Virus record (IMG/VR): IMGVR_UViG_3300027771_000010
Origin: an uncultured virus (IMG/VR IMGVR_UViG_3300027771_000010)
Lineage: Duplodnaviria > Heunggongvirae > Uroviricota > Caudoviricetes
Reading direction: 5' to 3' (one strand)
Length of the DNA: 64,000 nucleotides
The notes under the pieces were generated by a model, which worked only from the letters and a program-made list of their open reading frames with translations, was not told the DNA's origin and made no database searches. Below, one piece after another: positions 19,101 through 29,869 of this stretch. The position numbers and the translations under genes were made by a program. Numbering within the stretch: the first letter of the stretch is position 1; every line of letters begins with the position of its first letter.

Positions 19101-22100
19101 CCAACAGTTGCTATTGTTACTTCTGTATTTCCTGCCGCTGTAATTGCTGCCTGTATCAATGTAACTGCATCACTTCTAACAGTTGGTACAGCAATAGTTG
19201 AAGTTGTTGCTGAGTAAGTTGTATTTAATCCCACAGTAGTTCTAGCTGTACCTGCTACTGCTAATGTTACACCTGTGCTTACTAATTTTAATTTGTTGGC
19301 AACGTTACTTGCTGTAACGTTAACTAATGCTGATGTTGCATTAATCTGTGCTACAATCTCAGTAATGTTTAATTGTGCTGGCTGTAGTTGTAACTCGACT
19401 GGTACTGCAATAGTGTGTCCGCCAGTTGCAAATCCTAGTGCCGCATTGCTTGCCGCTGGTGCTATTATTAATACATCACCTACGCCTCCAGCATATGCTA
19501 TTTCTAATACATTACTTGCTGTAACTAATGAAGATGTAACACCTGTTACACCGGCTGCATTAATAGCATCTCTAATTCCAGTTGTTGTTATACCAACTGT
19601 TACATGTGTTAATGTAATTACAATAGCTTGTCCGGCTGTTGGTGCTGTAGTGAATGTTATATTTTGTCCACTAAGCGTGTATGCTGTTGTTGCTGTTCCA
19701 TTAACGGTAACCGAAGCTATGCTAAATGTACTTCCACTTAATGCTTGTGCAATTGTAAACGTAGCTTGTAGAACTGGATTAAGTGCAGTTCCATTGTTTA
19801 CACCTGTAAAGTTTTCAATTACGTTTGCTGGTGTTGAACCAAAGCTAATTGCTGTGCCATTAATTGTAATGCCTTGTCCAGTTACATCTGCAAATGCAAC
19901 GTTACCTAAAGTTGAACGCTGTATTGCTGGGCCTGTAACTACTTGAACGTTTGCAGTTTTACTAAAGCCAATGTTAATGTTATCAATTACTAATGTTTCG
20001 CTTGGCAAAAATGTAGGACTAGTTGCTGTACCATTTGCAATTATTGGTTGGTACTCAGTTGATGTGTTATTAAATGTTACCGAAGTACCTGCTATTTCTG
20101 CTATAGTTCCGTGTGGGAAGTCTGCTCGTGATGCTCTACTTGTTTCCAATATAGTGGCTGTTGTTTCTGTTAAGCCTGTAAAGTTCACACTACATTTCCA
20201 AAGCTGTCCTTGGTGTCTTACTTGCTCACCTTTTTTATAACTTGTATAATTATTCCAAGTAGGTACGAGTGCGTAAGGCTCTGTCTTCTCAAACACAGAT
20301 GAAATATCATCTGCGGATAGTATTCTATATTTAACTTCGTGGTCTAACGCGGCGCCGCCTGTTAGTATAAAGTTCCAATCATATGTAAAGTCTTTTGTGT
20401 CAAAAGTTATTGCTTTGTTATTAATAATACGCTCTGGTGCTGTGTATGTTACTCCAGCCTTCGCGCCGCCTGCTGGTGTATCTTGTGTAGAGATACATTG
20501 TGGCGATGCAACTAAATCTGAAGAACGTAATTCTATTTCTAATACTTCTTCTAAGTCATTATTTCCTAATTCACTTTGTCTAAACATGTACTGATCATAT
20601 GCGTTCAGTTTTGTAATGCCTTCGTCAACTATTGATGCTCTATTAAATCTATCAATTGATGCTGTAGTACCTTGTTGCTTAATTGATCCTTGATGGAACT
20701 TAGTAAGTACATTCTTATTAATACCTAATCCATCTGCCCATGTCTTATTAACATTTCCTATTGCAAGATCCTTTGATTGAGTAAACGCACCATTAAATGA
20801 ATCCACATCTGTTCTATACATGTCGTCAATGCTTTGTACTGCACTATCAAAGTTTTCTACAATATGATCATCAAACACTAAGTAGCCAGGAGCAGTTTTA
20901 GTTCCGTTCCAATTAGCTGTTCGTTGTCCTCTTAGCACTAAACGCTTTTGTGTTTGGTTTAACACGTCATCATATATTGCAACGCCTAGTTTAGTTTTAT
21001 TTTCAAATATCATAACATGATCATACTCAAGTACTGCACTAGTAATGCTACCTATGAACTCTGCATTCTTAGTAGCTACTGTAACAAGTCCTTTAGATCT
21101 GTTAACACTTAGGTCGCTGTCTTGTAATGTTTTGTTGAACATTGTTAATACATCGTTACCATTGGAAGTTAGTTTGTTGTATGGATATACAGTACCGTAT
21201 AAAGTTTTAAACGATATTGTTCTACCTATCTGTAAAACAAATGTATCTGTGTTGTCTGCTGTAAGAGCCCAGTTAACAAAGTCTGATGCTGAACTATCTC
21301 CATCAAATTCTAATGTGTATCCAAATTTTGTTAGTAAACTAAAGTATCCTCTAACAAAGTTATAAACATCTTGCATCTTCTCAACGGCTGCACCGTATTC
21401 AATTGTGCTAGCTGTTGTTACAAATTTATTATATCTTCTAACTGTTGAGCCTTGTACTGTTACTAATTCATAATCAGTAGTATCTGCAATGTTAGGTTCA
21501 AAAAAGTTAAACTCTTGTTTGTTGTTACTTAATCCAGAAAGAGTAAATCCTGTTAAAGTCTTTGTAATAAAAATTGCACTAGCTGTTACTAATCTAGTTG
21601 GTCTGCCTTGATACATATCAATTGTAAAGTCAGCCTTGCCAAATTCAAAGTCGCCTGTTAAACTACTTTCTGCAAACACTTCAAGCAATTCTTTACTACT
21701 AAAGCCACCTAACTTTTCGTGTAGCTTAGTATCTAGGTTTGTATATAACTGTCCTTGTGACAAATTACTATTTTGATTTCTTAGTATAAAGTTATACTGT
21801 GCCTGTGAAAGACCGTTAGCTACGTATCCAATTCTACCTGTTGTAATTTTAAAATCTATTCCTGCAATATTGGATGCTCCACCTGAGTAAGAAACTATTG
21901 GGCTTCCAGTAAACTTCACGCCTCTGTTTGTAAGACTTAATGCACTAACCTTGCTAGATGCATTTAGTTTAAAGTTTGTTGTAGCTGTTGTGCTTCCAAA
22001 GTCATCAAGTACTATAAAGCTCTCAGTTGCTGATACTGTTGTTGGTGATGCTTGTACTTCAATATTAATAATTGAATTACCATACGTGTTGCCAGGTACT

Positions 22101-25100
22101 TTATAAGACTTACTACTTCCAAATCTACCTGCGTTCTGAATTCCTGCATAGCCATTGTTGTGTATGCCTGGTTGGAAGAATGCACTCCAAGCTCTAGCAG
22201 GATTTAATTTTATAATAGCATCAACGCCTGCGGCTTGTCCTTGTGGAGATACTCTCCATTCGTATTCCTCTGAACTCCAATCGCCAAACTTAAATGCAGA
22301 TGATGCATCAACGTTTGCCGGAGTACCAATTACTGTTGTTAAATCTTCTAATGTACCTGAACCTGTTACTGGTGATTTAGTTGCAAAGTCCCAATGTGGT
22401 CTTGCAAATACTATATCATGTGTAGGTGTTCCTGAAGGATCACTTACTAGTCCATTCTTTAATGCACTTAGTAACGCTGTACGTTTTGAACCAGTTACCC
22501 AGCTATAGTTTGCATCCCACCATGTTGGCTTAAATGAATGCCCTAGCATATGCCAAGGAGTTAAGTCAGGTGTTGCTGTTCCAAACAAATGAACATACAC
22601 ACCTTTATAGTGTCCTGGTGTTGCATTTGAATAGTTAAATCCTAATGGTATAGTACTGTAGTTCCATGTTGTGTTATCGTTGGCTACATATTGGTTTGCT
22701 TGGTTAAGAGAACCTTTTTGTTTCAGCTCTGCCCAATGCTTAAAATGTTTTTCTAAATAATTGTTTAACAGCTCTAACGAATACCAAGTAGCTGACGCTT
22801 GTGTTGGTAAGAAGTTATAGTATGATGATGTGTTAGTATTATCGTATGTTGTATCTTCTTTAACTAGTCCAGCATACACACGTGTTTCTAATTCAAACAG
22901 TGCCGCATTAACTGGGTCAAACAAACTTGAGTTATTTGGATTAGTTAAATCTGCGTTAGCTTTTAATACTATCTCTACACCATCATGTGTATACAATATA
23001 TTATTTGATACTACCGGCTGTGTTCCATATGCTAATCCTAGCTTAACCAAACTAGCAGGTACATAACACTCACTGTCCATTTGATTGTATACTACTTCTA
23101 GTACAGGTGTTACAGTTGTGTTATATGTAAGCAATATAGTAATTGCATTACCTAGCTGTGTGTAATCAATATCTTTTCTTAAAATTCTTTTATATGTGTT
23201 AGTACCATCTGACTCAGTTAGGTAAACATACACGTGGTCTCTAATATTAACGTCACCGTTAAAAGTCCACTTAGTTTCAAATTCTTTAACTGATGTATCT
23301 GTAATAGTAAATGTTTGTAATGCATCTTCACTATTAAACAACATATTAGAATCGCTGTGTAGCTTGCTTGTTCGTTTGTTTCTCAACAATGCAGTTAGCG
23401 TAGCTGTTGTTAATTCTTGTACTGATGGATAAGCAGTTACTGAGTATAAACGTTTTGCTTGTGCTTTGAATCTTTCTCTAAACGCATCCCAATCACCAGC
23501 TTGTTCAATAAGAGATCCTGTAACATCTAGTTTCTCATCTGAATAACATATGTCATTCATTACTGCAATGTCATCATGTAGGAACAAAGTTCCGCCTGTG
23601 CTTCTGTTGTGTGTAATTGATCCGTAGTTATTCTCACCAAATGTATTTCTATCAAACGATGGATTGGCATTTAGTTTATCTGCCCAATGATCTATTGTTT
23701 CACTTATTGTAAATGTTTTAATTACTTTGTTGTGTACGTTATGCTGTGTTACTTGTGGGTAACTATAATTCTTTACGTTGTTGTTTTGCTTGTTACTGTT
23801 CCATGTAAAATCAACTAAGTCGTCTGCAGTTAATGCAGTTTCGTCAATAGTAATACTAGAGCCTGTTACTGTAACTAATGCATCCTTAATACGTTTACCA
23901 TTTAATGTAATATCAAAATAGTTAGCGTCCCACTCATTAGAGATATTAAATGATCCTATTCTACTAGATCCTGCTCTAACATCAAATGTGCCGCCTATGC
24001 TTGATGAACCTGTTTCAATCTTTACAACATCGCCGAAGCGTTGTATTGTTATATCTGGATTGTTTGCATGACTTGGGTTTGCTTCAATGTCAATGCCTCC
24101 TGGTGCTATAAACGTAAGTGCGTCTGTTGTTGAATTAACAAACTTAATTATATGAGAATATCCTATGTTATATTCACGTGTACCAGTAAATGTAATTGCA
24201 GTTCCGTCTGAAACGTTTCTTCTTGTTACAGCTAGCTTACCAGCAATGTGATGTACATTAAATTCTTCTTGATGTGGTCTCCATTTTCCATGACCATATG
24301 GAATAACTAAATCAGTATCAGGATTTGTAATTTTATACTGTACTGTTTCTTTTGCGCCAAAGTTAAGATCTGATTTATTATAAACACCTTCAAGAACATT
24401 TCGTTTCTTATATAAACTATATCCTGTAAGGTTCTGATGATAATCTAACTTTGCATTTTCTGCTTGTGTGAAGTTAGCTTTATATCTAGTTGTTAGTATA
24501 AAGTTTTGAAATTGATACTCAGCACCTTTTAAAGAATCCTTATAACTTAATTTCATTCCAAGCTCAGTATCAACTGCACCCTTGCCTGGCTTATATCCAA
24601 ATATCTTCTCGCCTTTAAAGTTAGTACCAGCAATGTCGCTTAGTAATTTACCTGTATGATCATAAAACTTATAAAGTGGATATTGGTTGATCTTTGTCTT
24701 CTGTTGTGCTAAAGTAATAGTACTGTTAGTATAATACACATCTGCATTAACCCAAGCACTTAATGTATTATCAAGTACAGCTTTAATTGTCATTGTATTA
24801 TTTTCAGCAAGCGTAACACTTGTTGGTGTTGCTGCCTGTGTATATACTTTTGTATCTGAGTTGTCAACGTATACGTATGTTGAGCCAACTGGAATAGCAG
24901 ATAACACATCACCTGTCTTAACACCAAAGTCTATTGTGCCAAGGCTTACAGGATTAACATGTCTTGCATGGTTCCATAAATCTATTCTTGCTGTGTATTC
25001 TATAATAGGTCTTATTGCTTTTCTTTTAGTAGTAATTATATTATCAAAGTTTTGGAAAGGCATAATGCTTTTTAATTTATTAATTGCACTGATGTTAACC

Positions 25101-26350
25101 CAATGGTTTGCTCTACTCCATGCTGTGTTAAACACGTCATGTTTCTCAATAAGTAAATAATCTTTTAATGGTTCTACTGGTAACATCCAATCCCACATAG
25201 CAGTATCAAATGTTTCTGCTCTTGCTATCATTGCACGTTCAGCTAGTGTTGCGTCAGACGCAATAGCAAGTGTGTACTTGTCATTAACACTATCATATGT
25301 TGCTACTATTACTTTCTTAATACTAAGATTGCCAGTAGTAGCATCACGTTTAGTTACGTAAATAGATTCTGAGTCATCGAGAGTTGCATCAACCCATCCT
25401 GTTCCTGTGAACTTAACTAACACGTTTTCATTATACAATGACTTATTAGATTCTACATCTTCAAATATAAAGCCATCAAAAACCGGTAACCTATCTGCTA
25501 TAGGATCTGCATTATATGCAGTAAGTAATGCTCCGTAATTTCTTTTTCCAAACGGTGCCAGCCAGTATTTGTTATTTGTATTAGGTGTAACAGAATGTAC
25601 TTTGCTGTTATCCCAAATACCATCATTGGCTTGTGTATGTTTTGTAACACTGTTATAAACTCTTATTTGATTAAAATCAATATAAAGTTCAAACCTATGT
25701 TCACCGTTTCCTTCACCTGTACCTAATACAATATATGTACTTCCTCTACATGCTACATCGTAGCCTGAGCCAACAAACTTAATTAACATATTATTTTCTA
25801 ATACAATTGTATTAGTGTCATCTACTAATGTATATACATTGGTATTTTGAATATCAGTTAATGGATTCTTGCTTGTGCCTGTGTAGATACTAGTATAAAT
25901 TGGAAGCTCTTCAACCCAATAGTAATTATTAAAGTTAATAAACTTATCAATATTAAAAGGCGGGTTATAAGAAAATGCATTAGACGAGTATGCTGAGTTA
26001 TAGTTGTACTCATTAAAGTTTGCATTCAACGAGTGTACTACATCGTCATATGTAATCTTGTTTGTTATAGCTCCAGTGTTATCATAAGATATAATACCAG
26101 GCGTTAATGAAGTTGATTTTCTTAGTTTAACTTCTGTAACTGGGTCAACATATGAGTCATGTGCTTGAGCTTCTGAGCCATGTCTACTACCTATGTATCC
26201 ATCAACTTGGTCCAATGGTCCTTTTGAAACCATTTGATCTAATGTACTATCAAGCCAACTATTATTTAATTCAGTTTGGAATACTTGAGGTAAAAACTTC
26301 TTTGTTTTGATACTGCGGACCTTTGATGAACCTGCTTTTTTATTCGCCAT
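16199..26350 (-). CDS. Giant baseplate wedge/structural protein (3383 aa)
   Basis: Directly downstream of gp6; FLPQVFQT, DKFINFNNYYW, YIQDVKPFHTKI; internal CBM5/12-like and flagellin-IN-like modules. Confidence 0.8.
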   Translation of the reverse strand: MANKKAGSSKVRSIKTKKFLPQVFQTELNNSWLDSTLDQMVSKGPLDQVDGYIGSRHGSEAQAHDSYVDPVTEVKLRKSTSLTPGIISYDNTGAITNKITYDDVVHSLNANFNEYNYNSAYSSNAFSYNPPFNIDKFINFNNYYWVEELPIYTSIYTGTSKNPLTDIQNTNVYTLVDDTNTIVLENNMLIKFVGSGYDVACRGSTYIVLGTGEGNGEHRFELYIDFNQIRVYNSVTKHTQANDGIWDNSKVHSVTPNTNNKYWLAPFGKRNYGALLTAYNADPIADRLPVFDGFIFEDVESNKSLYNENVLVKFTGTGWVDATLDDSESIYVTKRDATTGNLSIKKVIVATYDSVNDKYTLAIASDATLAERAMIARAETFDTAMWDWMLPVEPLKDYLLIEKHDVFNTAWSRANHWVNISAINKLKSIMPFQNFDNIITTKRKAIRPIIEYTARIDLWNHARHVNPVSLGTIDFGVKTGDVLSAIPVGSTYVYVDNSDTKVYTQAATPTSVTLAENNTMTIKAVLDNTLSAWVNADVYYTNSTITLAQQKTKINQYPLYKFYDHTGKLLSDIAGTNFKGEKIFGYKPGKGAVDTELGMKLSYKDSLKGAEYQFQNFILTTRYKANFTQAENAKLDYHQNLTGYSLYKKRNVLEGVYNKSDLNFGAKETVQYKITNPDTDLVIPYGHGKWRPHQEEFNVHHIAGKLAVTRRNVSDGTAITFTGTREYNIGYSHIIKFVNSTTDALTFIAPGGIDIEANPSHANNPDITIQRFGDVVKIETGSSSIGGTFDVRAGSSRIGSFNISNEWDANYFDITLNGKRIKDALVTVTGSSITIDETALTADDLVDFTWNSNKQNNNVKNYSYPQVTQHNVHNKVIKTFTISETIDHWADKLNANPSFDRNTFGENNYGSITHNRSTGGTLFLHDDIAVMNDICYSDEKLDVTGSLIEQAGDWDAFRERFKAQAKRLYSVTAYPSVQELTTATLTALLRNKRTSKLHSDSNMLFNSEDALQTFTITDTSVKEFETKWTFNGDVNIRDHVYVYLTESDGTNTYKRILRKDIDYTQLGNAITILLTYNTTVTPVLEVVYNQMDSECYVPASLVKLGLAYGTQPVVSNNILYTHDGVEIVLKANADLTNPNNSSLFDPVNAALFELETRVYAGLVKEDTTYDNTNTSSYYNFLPTQASATWYSLELLNNYLEKHFKHWAELKQKGSLNQANQYVANDNTTWNYSTIPLGFNYSNATPGHYKGVYVHLFGTATPDLTPWHMLGHSFKPTWWDANYSWVTGSKRTALLSALKNGLVSDPSGTPTHDIVFARPHWDFATKSPVTGSGTLEDLTTVIGTPANVDASSAFKFGDWSSEEYEWRVSPQGQAAGVDAIIKLNPARAWSAFFQPGIHNNGYAGIQNAGRFGSSKSYKVPGNTYGNSIINIEVQASPTTVSATESFIVLDDFGSTTATTNFKLNASSKVSALSLTNRGVKFTGSPIVSYSGGASNIAGIDFKITTGRIGYVANGLSQAQYNFILRNQNSNLSQGQLYTNLDTKLHEKLGGFSSKELLEVFAESSLTGDFEFGKADFTIDMYQGRPTRLVTASAIFITKTLTGFTLSGLSNNKQEFNFFEPNIADTTDYELVTVQGSTVRRYNKFVTTASTIEYGAAVEKMQDVYNFVRGYFSLLTKFGYTLEFDGDSSASDFVNWALTADNTDTFVLQIGRTISFKTLYGTVYPYNKLTSNGNDVLTMFNKTLQDSDLSVNRSKGLVTVATKNAEFIGSITSAVLEYDHVMIFENKTKLGVAIYDDVLNQTQKRLVLRGQRTANWNGTKTAPGYLVFDDHIVENFDSAVQSIDDMYRTDVDSFNGAFTQSKDLAIGNVNKTWADGLGINKNVLTKFHQGSIKQQGTTASIDRFNRASIVDEGITKLNAYDQYMFRQSELGNNDLEEVLEIELRSSDLVASPQCISTQDTPAGGAKAGVTYTAPERIINNKAITFDTKDFTYDWNFILTGGAALDHEVKYRILSADDISSVFEKTEPYALVPTWNNYTSYKKGEQVRHQGQLWKCSVNFTGLTETTATILETSRASRADFPHGTIAEIAGTSVTFNNTSTEYQPIIANGTATSPTFLPSETLVIDNINIGFSKTANVQVVTGPAIQRSTLGNVAFADVTGQGITINGTAISFGSTPANVIENFTGVNNGTALNPVLQATFTIAQALSGSTFSIASVTVNGTATTAYTLSGQNITFTTAPTAGQAIVITLTHVTVGITTTGIRDAINAAGVTGVTSSLVTASNVLEIAYAGGVGDVLIIAPAASNAALGFATGGHTIAVPVELQLQPAQLNITEIVAQINATSALVNVTASNVANKLKLVSTGVTLAVAGTARTTVGLNTTYSATTSTIAVPTVRSDAVTLIQAAITAAGNTEVTIATVGNNIIISSTGTSLTLGDTTFNTLAGFDTGTKIATDGGVVNTFDVTDFGSTAQTSDNALYNILVTDDSAFEVASRGSITTKFFGWNVLQVTQRPAPLYSYTTATDGCGICAGTSTLDGNDAEVTTNVAHGLQVGDFVQLLNTTTTPNIDGIHKVTKVGTLDTVFYIDEFIEMCGNAVSIMPLVTTRFTDEVQRASAIALASWNLPAKTLIYEDSNASVLGTYVSNITGSTVTAKRQTLSRPTNKDIDNITVYNYKKNKSNIILESFDPLRHIIPGIAKQNVDIINVSDNAIYNTSSDTGQSVDDNNAWGTEQLGTRWWDTSKARYYDYDQGGLEYRVSKWGELYPGSEIVVWEWIKSSVAPDDYAESVLFGKEIYGVPATGEAYAVYDKLTAELVYHYTLTTQFNSANGSNDDVYYYWVKNKTTVQDERTLSAFDVANIIRSPSTNGVSWFAALTANEFIVDNISYYVDNKSTVLQINKAPNKFKSHNEWTLIAKGYDNIPGYYIQGMKYSLAGWNSVKARIPFNTLHKFNKYGDSLDIGQSWFNNINEGRRNTAEAINYELRSVLVDDAYTNKWDRTLVANNFPTTLWKWIDHKPTRYNGTFNYTTTATSVADLINIDRDFHKVVKIKLFNVEADLDRSEIYAYNDEKAEWVLVLKKNSSIEFSVADLCPEMGYDKSAEGTRTTANGTVIKGGYWDSGKWDVDNVAEYWQTLITALDEDIFIGRNKLKMNKLFFGVVDYVLSSLPQTNWIRKTTYIKVEIASEFNTTARKYKRNKIHNITGYIQDVKPFHTKISSTINSFATTEKVKASVTESLSIAVQTNTSGSTYDTNTRTFVHLQDNTGNVIAYALASAKETTLASELGLNDTKIIVTSTAGITATGTLYINGELITYTKVDATTVTVIARNVNNTFRAVGALGDSITQVDTNQLTYTNSPATLQYNVVGSTILNSPSSTAAAELSAISKGIQL

Positions 26351-26354
26351 TTAA

Positions 26355-29300
26355 TTATGTTCCTGCTCTAATATTTTCGTCTGTGATGTTTTGAATAATA
26401 TCAATATCGTTAACTGTTACGTCTGCTATAATAAGTTCGTCTAGCTCTGGTGTGTACTCAAACAAATCACCAAACGTTGTTCCTGTGCCTTGCGGTACAA
26501 TAACAAAACTACTTAGCACACCTACAAGTTGCTTGTGTACGTAAGCCGCTAATTCTGTAAAGTAAAAAGTTTCTCCAAAGTCCCAAACACTTGAACTAAA
26601 GAATTCATCTATAGCTTTAACTGTTCTTGTTTTCATATCACTGTCTGTTACATTACATCCAACAACTTTAATTATTCTAAACTTTGCTTTTAATTCTGCT
26701 GATGCCTTGGCTCCAAATATTGGTTTATACTTAACTGGTTTAAACACAATCGTGTCACTCATTGCTTTCTTTTCTCCAGTAGCTGAAAACTGTGTTCCAA
26801 GTTCGTAGCTAGTAGGAGGCTTAGGCATTATAGCTAGCGTTCCTTTTAACCAATTTTTATAACTAGTATCATATGATGTTGTTAGTGCGTATACATCAAT
26901 AATATTTGTAAAGCTAGGATCAACTACTTGATTGTCTGACGCAATATGTTGCCAGTCAAAGTTTAAACTACTTCTGCCATCGTAATCAACAGTATTAATT
27001 TTTACGCTGTTAAGTCCAACCGTCTCAAAAAATATATCTGGGTTATCTGGCCTACTATCAGCATTGCTATCTATAAGAGATAGTCTGTAATTATTATCAG
27101 TAGCAGTATCATAACCATATACATAAAAATCACCAATGTCAACAATATCATTTCCATCTACGCCAATAGCAGTAATTTTATCACGTGTAGCTTTTTTAGT
27201 ATAAGAACTAATTTCATATTCGTTCTGTATGTTTCCTAAACGTACTGTAGCACTTGTAAAATTAAATCTTAATGTTCTAATGTAGATATCAAATGATGAT
27301 CCGGTAAACTTGAAATTTAGAATCCAACTATCATCTGCTAAACTAAATGTTGTAGGATAAGCTACTGTTGGTACTACCGCTGTGCCTGTGGCTCCAATAA
27401 TATCCCAACTCTTATTCTTGTAATTATATTTTATACTAAAGTCACGCTGTGACTCTAAGTAATATTTAATAACATCTTTTTCTCTTTTAATAAATCTTCT
27501 CGACAAGCCAGGGTATACAACATTAACTGTTGAACCATTTGGAATGTCAGTATCTAATATAATAGCACCTGTTCCATCTGTACGCTTACCTGTTGGAGCA
27601 CCAACTGTTGTTTCCATACCTAAGCCGTTTGCAAAAATATCTACTACCTTAGCCCATTTGGTTTTACTGTTGCTTGTAAATTTAATTAAAGCACCTGGTG
27701 TAATGTATTTCATGTATGTACTTGCTGTTGAACCAACACGTGCTATTTGAGTTGAAGTGTCTGTAATGTAACCAGTTAGTATTCCACTAGTTGATTCACT
27801 TGGGCTTTGCCAAACAAATGAATCTGGTGTGTAAGATTCTTCTCCTCTTAACGCTTCAAATGCTGTTTTATATTTTGTATAATATAAGTTAATAAATTCG
27901 TCATTGTCTAAAATATGTTTAACATGTTTCTCAAATGTTTGTGTAGAAGAGTCTGTTGCATTACTAGCAGTAGACATAACTTTTTCTGATGCATATATTG
28001 TAGCATCTTTTCCACTTAGAAATAAATCTGAGTATGTACCTGTTGGGTCTGTAAACTTTGAATATCTACTATGTCCACTAAATGTTCTGTTAACACTCTT
28101 AAGTTTAAGGATGCCGCCTTGTTGACTAGATAACAATGTGTTATAGTCTTGGGCTGTAATCATTCTATCTTGACTAGCATAATTTTTAGGAGCATTTTCT
28201 CTAACGCTATCCATTGTCTCACTTGATGTTGCATTAACAATTGCTTGTTTTAATTGTAATGATAAAATAGCTGTGTATGTATTTCCATCTAATCCTGTGT
28301 AACCAATGTTTACTTTTTTATTTGTTAAGTCATCTGGTCTAACAACATATGTAGTATTAGCACTTGTTCTGTACCAAACTCTAATAGTACCTGTTGGAAC
28401 ATTACCAAATTCTTTTGATGGGAACATAATTGAGATTGAATTATTTGTTCTAGTCTTTACACTGTATACATCACGTATACCTGATGCTAAGTTGTTATAA
28501 ATTACATTACTGTTTACGTCTGTAACTTTAGACCAATTCTTAACAACGTTACCTGTTGCATTAACATTCTGTACCCATACGTCTGTGTTGTTTATATTTT
28601 CTGCGGTAACATCTAATACTGCACTGTCAATTGGAGTGTCAATAACAAAGTCTTGGAATGATAATGCACCTTGCTTAACACCCATAAAGAATCCAGTATT
28701 AACACTGCTAATACCCTTGCCATCATTTTTAAAATATACTCCGACACTGCCTATTGGGCTAGGTGCCTTTTCCATAAATGCTTTATTGACACTATCAAAT
28801 TCACTGCTAATGATATTGTATGTAGCAGTCTTACCTGATACAATTCCCTGAACATCAAACTTAATTTGATTAGGCGTATTGTTTATATCATAGAATTCTG
28901 ATTGTATTCCATTTACAATAGAACTTTTCTTTGGACTACCATATTGATTACTGTTTTCTAATGTAGCATTAAGTACTGTAATAAAATCATCTATGTTGCT
29001 TACATTGTTTGAAGCTTCATATTTTATTTCTACTCCACCTAAGCTAGTTCCTGCACTACCAATAACGGATTCGTTTGTTTTAATTCCTATAACTTTCATC
29101 TCACCGTATGCTGGCACATTACGTCTGGGTTGATATCCTAAAAACTCTGCTAGTTTAAAAACTGAATCTTGTTTTCGGGCTGTAGTTAAAAAATTGTTTC
29201 TTGCATTAAGGTCTACCCTGTATGCCAAGTTATGTCCAAACTGTGCAACTACATCTAGTAGCGATACAAATTCTGCTGACTCTACCCAGTCATTATAGTT

Positions 29301-29450
29301 TTCTGGGTATGTGTTGCGAACATAAGCAACCATTGCAGTTCTAATAGTATCGTAATCAAATGCTTGGAAGTTAGCATTAACATACGACTCGTATATAACT
29401 GTATAGTCCTCTGCCGCAAAAAGTTTATTTTGTCTTGTTTTTTGTGCCAT
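26355..29450 (-). CDS. gp6: Baseplate wedge subunit, T4 gp6-like
   Basis: FDYDTIR..NDW.E..EF..LLD..A..NFL.TA....SV..LA..LGY.P; ET.D.VR.NAP..Y.SQDRMITAQDY; follows gp25. Confidence 0.88.
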   Translation of the reverse strand: MAQKTRQNKLFAAEDYTVIYESYVNANFQAFDYDTIRTAMVAYVRNTYPENYNDWVESAEFVSLLDVVAQFGHNLAYRVDLNARNNFLTTARKQDSVFKLAEFLGYQPRRNVPAYGEMKVIGIKTNESVIGSAGTSLGGVEIKYEASNNVSNIDDFITVLNATLENSNQYGSPKKSSIVNGIQSEFYDINNTPNQIKFDVQGIVSGKTATYNIISSEFDSVNKAFMEKAPSPIGSVGVYFKNDGKGISSVNTGFFMGVKQGALSFQDFVIDTPIDSAVLDVTAENINNTDVWVQNVNATGNVVKNWSKVTDVNSNVIYNNLASGIRDVYSVKTRTNNSISIMFPSKEFGNVPTGTIRVWYRTSANTTYVVRPDDLTNKKVNIGYTGLDGNTYTAILSLQLKQAIVNATSSETMDSVRENAPKNYASQDRMITAQDYNTLLSSQQGGILKLKSVNRTFSGHSRYSKFTDPTGTYSDLFLSGKDATIYASEKVMSTASNATDSSTQTFEKHVKHILDNDEFINLYYTKYKTAFEALRGEESYTPDSFVWQSPSESTSGILTGYITDTSTQIARVGSTASTYMKYITPGALIKFTSNSKTKWAKVVDIFANGLGMETTVGAPTGKRTDGTGAIILDTDIPNGSTVNVVYPGLSRRFIKREKDVIKYYLESQRDFSIKYNYKNKSWDIIGATGTAVVPTVAYPTTFSLADDSWILNFKFTGSSFDIYIRTLRFNFTSATVRLGNIQNEYEISSYTKKATRDKITAIGVDGNDIVDIGDFYVYGYDTATDNNYRLSLIDSNADSRPDNPDIFFETVGLNSVKINTVDYDGRSSLNFDWQHIASDNQVVDPSFTNIIDVYALTTSYDTSYKNWLKGTLAIMPKPPTSYELGTQFSATGEKKAMSDTIVFKPVKYKPIFGAKASAELKAKFRIIKVVGCNVTDSDMKTRTVKAIDEFFSSSVWDFGETFYFTELAAYVHKQLVGVLSSFVIVPQGTGTTFGDLFEYTPELDELIIADVTVNDIDIIQNITDENIRAGT

Positions 29451-29452
29451 GA

Positions 29453-29836
29453 TTAAAACTCTGCGTCCTGTTCGAATTCTCTATCGAACTTTATCTGTAA
29501 ATCTGTTACAGTTGTAGTGGGTATATACACTAGCTTTACTTTAATAGTAACGCTGTGTTTATCCTGATTAATATCTATATTGGTATCTTCTACTTCAAAA
29601 CGTGGATCATAACTAATGACTGCAAAGACTTCCTCTTTGATAGATTCAGTAGTATTAGTATCCAACGGTTCAAACACGTAGTACGGTAAGTCACAACCAA
29701 ATGTTGGGTCCGTCCACTTCTCTCCTTTGCGTATTGCAAAGTGATTCAGGAGGTCTCGTTTAGCTAAATCTATACCTAATAGGTTTTTGCTTGTATATGG
29801 CTGTTCTACTGTTGTGTATCCAATTATATTGTTCAT
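29453..29836 (-). CDS. gp25: Baseplate wedge subunit, T4 gp25-like
   Basis: LLNHF.IRKGEKW.DP.FGC....VFEP....I.YDPR. Confidence 0.9.
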   Translation of the reverse strand: MNNIIGYTTVEQPYTSKNLLGIDLAKRDLLNHFAIRKGEKWTDPTFGCDLPYYVFEPLDTNTTESIKEEVFAVISYDPRFEVEDTNIDINQDKHSVTIKVKLVYIPTTTVTDLQIKFDREFEQDAEF

Positions 29837-29869
29837 ACAACTATTTATGCTAAAAATTATAACTGTAGT

